64,000 nucleotides of DNA from the NCBI RefSeq assembly GCF_006345805.1, contig NC_043007.1, positions 36,456,001-36,520,000 on the forward strand. Reading direction: 5' to 3'. Position numbers and translations under genes: made by a program. This document shows positions 52,694-64,000 of the stretch, piece by piece. Position 1 is the first letter of the stretch. Every line of letters begins with the position of its first letter. The stretch is from Octopus sinensis. Its lineage: Eukaryota. A model generated the notes under the pieces. That model saw nothing but the letters and a program-made list of their open reading frames with translations, ran no database searches and had not been told where the DNA came from.

Positions 52694-54276
52694 CTACAGA
52701 GCTAGAGGCAGTTTCAGCCAGGTTGGCATTGAAAGGGTTAATCATGATTATCTCATGGCTTTGGGATTTCAATGATGTAATTGTATATTTTTAGAATTAC
52801 ATTATAGGGTAGGTGTGAGAGGCTAGATCTGGTCAGTTTGACCATAAAACATGTAGAATATCTGGGCCAGATATGGCAGGGTTAAATGCTAAATGGTTAA
52901 AGTGATCTAAATTAAATCCATCCATGTTAATTCATGTTCCAAACTCCAGTTAAATAACAACAAGGCTATTTCAATAAATTCTTCATTATTTTCAAAATTA
53001 ACTGAAACATTGTCAGTGTATTTCAACAGAAATATGGTCACAAAAAGGTTAATGCTATTTAATCGGTGTCATTTTTCATATGTGATATAGTGGTGTTGTA
53101 AAATTCGACTTGTGCATATTAATTTCCATTATGTCCTTTATATTGCATCAAAATTTCATGCATTTATTTGTAAAGTTAAGGAAGTTATTAAAAATTAAAA
53201 CCCATCAGTGATTTTTGGGACACCCTGTATCTAATCCAGTCATCTCAACACTTCTTCCCCTATCCGACTTCCTATATACAAAAGGATTTTATCTTAACAA
53301 GAGAAAAGTTGGGCATTAGAAGCATCCATTGTGGTGTGCAAGAGAGACAACTGCACTGGAACCATGTGGTTGGGAAGCAAGCTTCTTAACGCACAGCAAT
53401 TATTATCATTATCATTAGTAGTAGTAGTAGTAGTAAGGTGGCAAGCTGGCAGGATTGTTAGTACGCTGAGTGAAATGTCTAATGGCATTTCATCTGTCCT
53501 GACATTCTGAGTTCAAATTCTGCCAAGGTCGATTTTACCTTTCATCCATTCAGGGTCGATAAATTAAGTACCAGTCAAGTACTGGGGTCAATGTGATCAA
53601 TTGTCACCCTCCCCACAAAAATCCTGGAAAGGATTATTATTATTATTAGTAGTAGTAGTAGTAGTAGTAGTAGTAGGGTAGCAAGATTGCAGAATCATTC
53701 GCGCATCAAACAAAATGCTTGGTGGCATTTCTTCTGATTGTTTAGGTTGTTAGTTCAAATTCTATCAAAGTTGACTTTACTTTCTTTTTTTTTTACATAC
53801 TTTTGGGGGTTAATAAGTACTTGTAGAGCAATAAGGTCAATGTAAATAACCAACCCTTTCCCCTACAAAATTGCTGGTCTTGAGCAAAAACTTAAAACCA
53901 TTATATATCATTATAAATGGACCAATTCTGAGGATACACCTGTAGTATAAAAAGGTATTCTAACAGGAGAAAGGGGCTCTCTACCCCCCTTTTGACCAGG
54001 CTCCCATGGCTTTTATGGTTTTTCCATGAGTAACCTTTCGAAGCACCTCCCCCTATTGGGAATTTCAATTGTTATATTTTCGTTGTTATCTCTGGGATTT
54101 TTAGAAGGTTTTTTTGCAAACAGACAAAACCCTTTGTAACTTTCATCCTGTGTTTTGTCCCTTTATGTTTTAATTAATTTTTATCAGCCCTTGTGACCAA
54201 TAAACGAATTAATTATTATTATTATGATCATTATTTAGCAGCAGCAGCGGCAGCAGTAGTAGTGGTGGTGGTAGTG

Positions 54277-54365
<89 letters not shown>

Positions 54366-56146
54366 GATGGTGGTCATCATGACAGCAGCAGCAAAATTAA
54401 AAACAGTTGTTTAACCCTAGGTCAGTCTAGAACAAGTAGATCAAAAGTATTCCACCCATGACCATTACATCTTTTTTTTAAGGACTATAGGACATTTTTA
54501 ATGTGATTTTGTTCTTTTCTCCATTTTTTAATAGCAATGATAACAGCAGCAGCAGTAGTGGTGGTGATGGTTGTGGTTGTAGTGGTAGTGTTAGTATTGA
54601 AAGTAGTCATAAATGTAGTGGTGTTGGTAAAAACAACAGCAGTAGTAGTCGTATAAATAATGATGGTGGCGGTGATGGTTGTAGTGGTAGTGTTGGTAGT
54701 TGTGATGCATTTGGTGGCTGCTGTTCTAGTGGTAGTGATAGTGGTAGTAATGGCAGTAGTAGTAGTAATGGTGGTGGTGATGGCGGTGGTGTTAATGGTG
54801 TCATGTCACCACTAAACACTGGATATTTTTTGTTTCTCTTGTGGTGCCACATTCCTGACAAACAAACTTAATTCTCTTTAAGCCTTGCCATAATTACATT
54901 TGAAGCTTGATGGTGGCAGTGGTGGTGGTGGTGGTCATGGTGGTGGTGGTAGTTGTGATTGTGGAGGGAAGCGACAAATTTCTCCCAGAACTCGAAGAAA
55001 AAAATGCAAGTCAGGGATGTGAATTGTTTAAACCACATCATTATGTAATACAGTTCTGGTCATCTTTTCTTTTTTATACCTCAACAGGTAAAGGAAAAAA
55101 AAAAAGCTCATATAGTGAAACAAAAGCACTGGAACCAGCATAAAACAGAATTTCTTGAATTGAAATACATGTACGACGTTGTATCAAAAAGTTCCTGCAC
55201 TAGTTCTGTGGCACACCAACAGACAGCAGAACATGGTTGAGTGCAAAGTGAGAGCTAGCAGTGACCCTCATGAAGCAATGTGCCAAGTGACACCACTGTG
55301 CTTACTTCACAAGTTACTCTTTTACTCTTTTACTTGTTCAGTCATTTGACAGTGGCCATGCTGGAGCACTGCCTTTAGTCGAGCAAATCAACCCCCAGGA
55401 CTTATTCTTTGTAAGCCTAGTACTTATTCTATCAGTCTCTTTTGCCGAACCAGCATCAGTTGTCAAGCGATGTTGGGGGGATGAACACAGACACACAAAC
55501 ATATAAACACACACACACACATACACACACATATATATATATATGCGACAGGTTTCTTTCAGTTTCCGTCTACCAAATCCACTCACATGGCTTTGGTCAA
55601 CCCGAGGCTATAGTAGAAGACACTTGCCCAAAGTGCCACACAGTGGGACTGAACCCTGAACCATGTGGTTTTTAAACAAGCTACTTACCACACATATCCT
55701 ACCACACACATGCACACAGACTACATACACAAACACAGTTAATACCACACACATATGCTACCACACAGTTATCACCACACACGCACACGCACACCACATG
55801 CGCACATGTACACCACACGTGCACATGCACACCACACGTGCACACGCACACCACACGATTCCACACATATCACACACTACCACACACATGTGCACATATG
55901 TGTTCTGGCCATTTATGCACTTTCCTGTTCCAGAAAGCATTTTCTCTTCATTCCTACTTCCGGTCACTTACTTCTAAAATGTAACCACATGTCTTGGACT
56001 TTCCTGTTTCTAAAGAAGAGCTATGCTCAAAACATAAAACTTCTAATCTTTTCCTTCTCTGAGTGTCTTATTAATACATTGCTTGTACCATATTCAAATG
56101 TTTGTTTGTTTTCTTTTTCTCTATTTTTTTTTACTATATCTATCTA

Positions 56147-56186
<40 letters not shown>

Positions 56187-56644
56187 CAGGGAGTATAACT
56201 CCAAACTTACAGGGAAAATTTCAATTTAGTATTAAATCAAATTTCACAATATAAATATATAATATATAAATTAGAGAAAAAAACACTATTATGCAATTCA
56301 AACAATGATAGACAGAAACCAAATCATAAATAAAAAATAAAAGATATTTTTATAAAACATATAGCTAGATCACAAAAAGTATAAAAATGAATAATCAATA
56401 TATAAAAAAATACGTATGTTTCATGGCTATAATTAAATTTGAATTACAATTAAATTTAAATTTAATCGAAAATCAATTCAATTTAAAATTATAGTCACTC
56501 TTCAGGTTAACAATAATAGTTAAATAAATAAGCAAATAGAGTTAAACAATATTAAAAAATAAAATAATGATTTTTCTTATAGAAGAAACTCCATTAACTA
56601 AATTTGAAACTTAAAACATTAGGATCAGTTGCCTACAATACATT

Positions 56645-56950
56645 TAGGTAGGTAAATAGGTAGGTAAGGTGGTAAATAAGTAGGAAGGTAAGGAGGCAGA
56701 CAGGTAGGAAGGTAAGTAGGCAGGTAGGTAGGTAATAAGTGGATAGGTAGGTAGGTAAGTAGATTGGTAGGTAAATAGGTAGGTAAGGAGGCAGATAGGT
56801 AGGAAGGTAAGTAGGCAGGTAGGTAGGATAATAAGTGGATAGGTATGTAGGTAGGTAAGTGAGTAGGTAGGAAGGTGGGTAGGTAGGTAGGTAGGTAGGT
56901 AGGTAGATAGGCAGAAGGGTAAGTAAGCAGGTAGGTAGGTAGGTAAGTTT
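56645..56950. repeat. Degenerate (AGGT)n tract abutting the exon A donor
   Basis: Direct reading. Confidence 0.92.
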
Positions 56951-56956
56951 GCTTAC

Positions 56957-57088
56957 CATCACACTTGAGTCCCTGTTTTACCAAACCAAAAAGCATTTCT
57001 CCACAGAAGTCACAGAAATGTGGAGATCTGTAAGAATGGACAATTAGTTGATGTGGCTGGATTTGTAGATCTTCCATGGAGGCCTGGG
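56957..57088 (-). CDS. PRKD: PKD exon A (132 nt, phase 1-1), C1a first part: (A)[43 protein letters not shown](G)
   Basis: Acceptor ttttatttccag, donor gtaagc; C1 His/Cys pattern. Confidence 0.96.
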
Positions 57089-60000
57089 CTGGAAATAAAA
57101 TTAAAAAAACATTAATTATATAATTTCTATATGATAATACACAATATAAATGTTGGTTGGTTGGTTGGTTGGTTTGTCCAGTCATGCTTTACATAATATA
57201 GAGAAGAGTGAGAGACAGTAAAAGAGAGATACAGAGAGAACATAAGAGGTGCAAGTTGAATGTACATACTAGGCTTAGTGCAGGCAATGAGTAATGGAAC
57301 ACTTCACAGGGACACAGAGAATCATAGACAGAGGAGGGGGGAAGGAGCAACAGCAAGAGAGGAGGGGGAGAAGGCGCAGCAACAAGAGAGGAGGGGGAGG
57401 AGGAGAAAGAGGAGGAATTCAAATTTTGCAAAGAGAGGTTTTCAATGATGTAGAAATTTTATCATGTTGATAAAATTTAGAAGAATAATGACATATTTAT
57501 TGCCAATATACAAATGAGAAATACATGATATTTGATTTCATTTTTGAAGGTAATAAATACTTTTGTTTTGAAAGTTTTCAATTCATAATTTTGTATAAGC
57601 ACCAAGAAATTCTATAACAGTTTAATTATAGTAACTGTACGTATGCCATATTTTCTGGTATTTTCCCATGGTAGCAAAAAGTATAATTCTAAAGTTACTT
57701 ATTATGTGACAGCTAATACTCCAGTAAATGAGTAAGCAATGATCTTTAACGAAACAACCATAAATAGATTCTGACATATCATTCACCTTGAGTATAGATC
57801 CCTCAGTGAGGGCGCATGGCTCAGTGGTTAGAGCATTGAGCTTACAATCGTGAGGTTGTGAGTTCAATACAGGGACCGAGCTGCATGTTGTGTTCTTGAG
57901 CAAGACACTATATTTCATGTTGCTCCAGTTAACTCAGCTCTAAAAATGAGTTGTGACATCACTGGTGCCAAGCTGTATCGGCGTTTGCCTTTCTCTTGGA
58001 TAACATCAGTGGCATGGAGAAGGGAGGCTGGTATGCATGGGCGACTGCTGGTCTTCCACAAACAACCTTGCCCGGACTTGTGCCTCGGAGGGTAATTTTC
58101 TAGGTGCAATCCCATGGTCATTCATCACCAATGGGAGTCTCTTTCTATAGATCTCTCATGGCATATACCCTAAGTACAAGTCTGTCAAAGCATATCAAAC
58201 TTCAATATATATATATATATATATCTGTGGGTATATATAAATGACCTTGCCCTGCATAGAAATGGGTTGCTCTTTTGCAAGGTATAGCACCGCACCCATT
58301 CAGCCACACTGCCAGGGATACAGTGAAGTCATGGGACTGCAGCATGGCAGATTGTGAAGAAGTAGTAGAAGAGCTCAAATGAGCCAACAATGCTTCTTAC
58401 ACTGAAACTAAGCAGAGGAATCCTAGAAGATCAATGGTCAGTAACTGCAAGGCATCCATAGGGGCAGCATGCATGGTTGTGTAATCTACTAATTTATTTC
58501 TTTATTGCCCACATGGGGCTACACACAGAGTGGACAAACAAGGACAGACAAATGGATTAAGTCGACTATATCGACCCCAGTGCATAACTGGCACTTATTT
58601 AATCGACCCCAAAAGGACGAAAGGCAAAGTCAACCTCAGCAGAATTTGAACTCAGAATGTAACGGCAGACGAAATACCACTAAGTGTTTCACCCAGCGTG
58701 CTAATGATTCTATCAGATTCACTATGACTCAAGCTCCCCATTCAAATTCATGATAATGGAATTAGACGGTGACAGAGAGTCATGGGTATCTGTGAAAGCA
58801 GCATGACAAACGAAGAAGAAAAAATATATTTGTCATAGCATTCATCTAAGATAAAGATCTATCTGTAGTGTCAGTTATTATGATTACAGATCTAATATAA
58901 CATTTACTTTGGATATAAAAATTGACATTGCATTTATTATCAATGCAGAGGCGGAGAAGTGGCTGTGTGGTAAGTAGCTTGCTTACGAACCACATGGGTC
59001 AGGGTTCAGTCCCACTATGTGGCACCTTGGGCAAGTGTCTTCTACTATAGCCTCGGGCCGACCAAAGCCTTGTGAGTGGATTTGGTAGACAGAAACTGAA
59101 AGAAGCCCATCATATATATGTACGTACATATATGTATGTGTGTATATGCTTGTGTGTCTGTGCTTGTGCCCCCAACATCGCTTGACAACCGATGCTGGTG
59201 TGTTTACGTCCCTGTAACTTAGCGGTTTGGCAAAAGACACCGATAGAATAAGTACTAGGCTTACAAAGAATAAGTCCTAGGGTCGATTTGCTCGACTAAA
59301 GGCAGTGCTCCAGCATGGCCACAGTCAAAATGACTGAAACAAGTAAAAGAATAAAAGAGGTGTAGGCATGGCTGTGTGGCTAAGAAATTCATTTTCTAAC
59401 CACAGGATTTCAAGTTCATTTCCATTGCAAAGCACCTTGGACAGGTGTCTTTTATTATATAGTCCCAAGGTAACCAAAGTCTTATGAGTGAATTTGGTAG
59501 GCGGAAACTGAAAGAAGTGTGATAAGAAGTATGCTTCTCAACCTCATGGTTTCAGGTTCAGTCCCACTATGCATCTTCTATTATAGCTTTGAACTGACCA
59601 AAACATTGTGAGCAGATTTGATAGATGGAAACTGAAAGAAGCTTGTTCTGTGTGTGTGTGAGAACATGTTTGTTACTGTGCTGTTGCCTTGACATCACAT
59701 GATAGCTGTAAACAAGCATCACCATCATTCAGGCAATATCCTTCATTTCCAATTATTCTGTACAAACATGTCTGGTCATGGGGAAATATTACTTTGCTTG
59801 GAAGCAGATGAGGGTTGGTGCCAGAGGGGCTACGACTGCAGAATATCTGCACCCCAACAAATCCTATTTGATCAATCCAAACATGGAAAAGAAAACGTTA
59901 AACAATGATGGTGTGTGTGTGTGTTTGTGTGTGTGTGCGTGCATGCGCACACCCATGTGAGATCATATTTCCACTCCAATTATGTTCATTCACTGACAGT

Positions 60001-60894
60001 AAACAATAGCTTTTCTAACATTGTTATTTGCTTGTAGTACACCATGAAAGCATGTTCAGGCTCCTTGACATGTTTTGACATATTGTCCGATCTTTGTCAA
60101 CAAGAGGCTGATTTATACCGTGACATTTGTTTCTTCACATAAACACATCCAGACTGTTTGTTTGTTCAGTCAACTGGGAAATCACTACATTGCTTGGAGA
60201 CAAGTGGGGATTTGTAACAAAAGCATATAAAAACTCTGCCCCTAAATACTTTGTCCGACTCATGCAAGCGTACAAAAGTAGATGTTAAAATAATAATGAC
60301 AGTGGTAGTAGCATTGACAATGATGGGGACATTGACAACTATGATGTCAACAGATCTATCATAACAGTCATTTTGTACACAGATCTTTTATGATGTTTTG
60401 CTTCTACATAGACCTATTTCTTTACTACCCACAAGGGGCTAAACACAGAGGGGACAAACAAGGACAGACATAGGTATTAAGTCGATTACATCGACTCCAG
60501 CGCATAACTGGTACTTAATTTATCAACCTCGAAAGGATAAAAGGCAAAGTCGACCTCGGCGGAATTTGAACTCAGACTGTAACGGCAGATGAAATACCAC
60601 TAAGCATTTCGCCCAGTGTGCTAACGTTTCTGCCAGCTCGCCACCTGTCAAAGAAATTATCTTGGCTGTAGATCTGCGATATCATGTACATCAAAATACA
60701 TATCTATTACAGCTTTCTTCATCTTGAACACAGATAGTATAGCATTTATCTTGAAATAGAGATCTATCATAACTTTTATCTTGAATACAGATATTATATC
60801 ATTCACCAGTCATAACAATTATTTTAAATACAAATCTGTCAAAACACATCTCTAAAAAAATAACTGATATAAATATTCATCAACATGGGTGATT

Positions 60895-61010
60895 GATTTC
60901 TCCATGAAGTATTGAAGGCCAATCTCAAGATGCTAAGCCTTATACAGGAGATGACTAAGGACCAAGATATCTGGTGCATTGCTGTACTAAACAACACATG
61001 TCCGCCACAG
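60895..61010 (+). mobile_element. RTE-like LINE 3' ORF remnant
   Basis: EVLKANLKMLSLIQEMTKDQDIWCIAV. Confidence 0.6.
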
Positions 61011-63494
61011 CAGGATCGATACCAGTGCTGGTGACACATAAAAAACAATGGTGCTAGTGCCACATTAAAAGTACTGGTGTTGATCCACGTTAAAAGCACT
61101 AGAGCTGGTTCTACATAACAAGCACCCAGTAAACTGTGGATTGATTGGTCTCAAGAAGGGCATCCAGCTGTAGAAACCATGCCAGAACAGACAATGGTGC
61201 CTGGTGCATGCCCTGGTCTTACCAGTTCCAGTGAAACCATCCAACCCCTGCCAGCATAGAAAACAGATGTCAATGTTGATGATGATGGTGGTGGTGGTGG
61301 TTGGTTGATTTCTCCAGTTACACTTAAAATCATATGGACAGAGAGGAAGAGAAAATAAGAGAGAGCTACTAAGGAAGTTAACATAAGAGATGCAGGACAA
61401 GTATCTTATAACTTTCTGAGTGCAATTATCTTGAGAATATTTAGAAAAATAACAGCATATATTTATTGCAAATATACAATATTTAATTTTATTTTAAAGT
61501 AATAAATATTTTTCTTTTGCAAATTGGTATTCATTTCATCATTTTGTATAAGCACCAAGAAATTTGATACAAGTTGAATTATAATTATTGCATGTTTACC
61601 ATAATTACTGTTATTAGCTATGGTGGCAACAGTATTAAAGATAAACTGGAGTGTTACCTGTCATATCATGGGCAACACTTTAGCATATCAATAACACAGA
61701 TTTGTCATAACATTTATCCTAAATACAGGTATCATAAAATTAGTTTCAAATTTTAGCACAAGGCCAGCCAAGTTTGGGGGAGGAAGTAAGTCAATTACAT
61801 CGACCCCTCAGTGCTCATCTGGTACTATTTTATTGACCCTGAAAGGATGAGGGACAAAGTTGACTGCAGCAGAATTTGAACTCAATGTATAGATGGATGA
61901 AATGCACTAAGCATTTTGCCCAGCTTGCTAACAATTCTGCCAGCTGACCACCTTCATATATCATAATATTTATCATGCATACAGGTCTGTCATTGTATTT
62001 CAGCGTCGCCTTACTGGTACTTGTGCCAGTGGCATGTGTAAAAACATTCGAGCGAGGTCATTGCCAGTACCACCTGACTGGCCCCCGTGCCGGTGGCACA
62101 TAAAAGCACCCACTACACTCTCAGAGTGGTTGGCGTTAGGAAAAGCATCCAGCTGTAGAAACTCTGCCAGATCAAGATTGGAGCCTGGTGCAGCCATCTG
62201 TTTCACCAGCCCTCAGTCAAATCGTCCAACCCATGCTAGCATGGAAAGCGGATGTTAAACGATGCTGATGATGATGACAGCTGTGTCATAGAATCTATCC
62301 TGGCTTATTAATGCAGCTATAACAAATGAGTTGACTTGAAAATACAGATGTGTCACAAGCAAACATTTTGGCTACAGATCTGTTATCATTATCTTGAATA
62401 CTGGTGTCATATTTAACATAAATACTGATCAGTCATAGCACTCATCTTGAATACAAATCACATCATTTATCTGGAATACATCAACATCAAAGTATTTGTC
62501 ATAAAAATACAGATGTCACAGCAAATATTTGGCTACAGATCTGTTGTGATCATTATATTGAATACAGAGGTCATATAAACAGGAGATACAAATATTACAG
62601 GCACTTCCCCAAACACACACACTAACTAAACATAGACACATATAGGGGTATACGCATGTGCAAATGAAGACACATACAATAGAAATACAAAATACAAAAT
62701 GGCTGACCGTTAGTAAGGAGAGACACACAAATAAGAAAGTAGAAAGCAAAGGACCACTGATGCGGTCACTGGAGTGTGATGAAAGAACTCTGGCCGAAAT
62801 AAGATTAAGATTAATGTAAAAAATAAATAACGCTGAAGCAAAGTAACACCAAATATATAGTACGTGTGTTTTTATTGGTTAAACTGGCAAAATGACCATT
62901 CCTAAATACAACAATAGAGGTCATAATACATAACCTAAATACAGATTGGTCATAGCAATCATCTTGAATATTAATCTATTTGTCATATCATTTATCTGGA
63001 ATACAGCAGCATTATGGCATTTGTCTTGAAAATACAAACGTGTCACAACAAATATTTTGGCTACAGATTTGTTGTGATCATTATCTTGAATACAGATCTT
63101 ATACAATTTAACAGATCAGTCATCGTTTTCAACTAGGGTACAATCTCATATTCTTTTATTCTTTTACTTGTTTCAGTCATTTGACTGCAACCGTTCTGGA
63201 GCACTGCTTTGAAGGGTTTTAGTGAAACAAATTGACTCTAGGACTTATTTTTGAAGCCTAGCACTTTTTCTATCAGTTTCATTTGCTGAACTGCTGAGTT
63301 ACAGGGACATGATTGGGAGACGAACACAAATAAACAGATACATACACGCGCACGAGCGACAGTCTTCTTTCAGTTTGCCTACCAAATCCACTCACAAGGC
63401 TTTGGTTGGCCTGAGATTATAGAAGACACTTGCCCAATGTGCCATGCAGTGGCACTGAACCCAGAAGCATGTGGTTGAGAAGCAAACTTCTTAC

Positions 63495-64000
63495 CTTCGT
63501 GTTGCAAGACAGTGTGTGGGAGAGAATCGTGATGTGGTAGGAGAGAAGTGTGTTCGCATGGATGATGGTTCACTTGCACTAAATGAGGATGCAAAGAGAG
63601 AGGTTTGGAGATGCCACTATGAAAGGTTGCTGAATAAAGAAAATGAATGGGATAAAGAGAGTCTGCTGAATGTCAACCCAACAGAGAGACCAGCCATCCG
63701 AGCTGAAAATTCTTTGGTAGTTAAAGCAATTAGAAGCATGAAGACAGGGAAAGCCCCAGGCCCATCAGGAATTACTGCAGAGATGCTCAAAATATCTGGC
63801 AGTGTCGGCTATAACCTAGTCACCCGTATAGTCAACCAGGTGATACATGAAGGAGTCATACCCAATGACTGGTGTAGCAGCATACTAGTCAACTGCTACA
63901 AAGGTAAAGGTGATGCCCTAGATACAAATAATTACAGAGGTATCAAGCTGTTGGATCAGGTAATGAAGGTTACGGAGAGGGTCATAGCCCAACTAATTAG
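63495..64000 (+). mobile_element. 5'-truncated RTE-like LINE, reverse-transcriptase N-terminal region, runs off window
   Basis: Stop-free frame of ~168 codons: KAIRSMKTGKAPGPSGITAEMLK..IPNDW..YKGKGDALDTNNYRGIKLL; begins where a minus-strand SINE head is cut. Confidence 0.92.

Larger units (their letters stand above)
51757..53048. mobile_element. TTAA-type MITE (family Y) split by nested insertions
   Basis: The two halves rejoin across a duplicated TTAA to match the uninterrupted copy at ~636-830. Confidence 0.75.
8433..57088 (-). other. PRKD: Partial protein kinase D gene (PRKD1/2/3 family), 10 exons seen; 5' and 3' ends outside window or not found
   Basis: Spliced translation gives two C1 zinc fingers, [10 protein letters not shown] linker, PH domain ([25 protein letters not shown]) and VLGSGQFGIVYG. 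All introns are GT-AG with compatible phases (1,1,0,1,1,2,0,0,1,0,1). Confidence 0.97.

Noticed and set aside
57089-64000. PKD 5' exons (ubiquitin-like domain)
   Set aside because: No matching peptide found by eye; probably beyond the window

Overview
AT-rich, repeat-dense animal genomic DNA. The repeat complement (tRNA-head SINEs, RTE-type LINE pieces, (TA)n/(CA)n arrays) suggests a coleoid cephalopod, probably Octopus; this is inference. The window holds the middle of one large minus-strand gene for protein kinase D (PRKD family). Ten GT-AG exons with matching phases (57088 to 8433, 1242 nt) encode C1a, C1b, the acidic linker, the PH domain and the kinase glycine-rich loop. One of them is a 35-nt micro-exon absent from the ORF track but required for frame. 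The 5' exons and most kinase exons were not found and probably lie outside the window. The introns contain a TIR-bounded Tc1 element, a mariner element, Helitron derivatives, TTAA-type and palindromic MITEs, many SINEs, LINE fragments, an internally deleted 5S rRNA pseudogene and long microsatellites. Almost all long ORFs in the supplied track are low-complexity artefacts. I found no convincing novel protein-coding system. The best leads are: a scrambled minimal hammerhead-ribozyme motif; a ~96% identical inverted repeat pair bracketing two PKD exons (circRNA/ADAR-type layout); PKD micro-exons; recurrent (TA)n-anchored fold-back duplications, some possibly assembly artefacts; a GC-rich Tc1 with an apparent 5'-UTR intron; and a nested TTAA-transposon stack with readable target-site duplications. 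All coordinates and identities were read by eye, and repeat boundaries are approximate.
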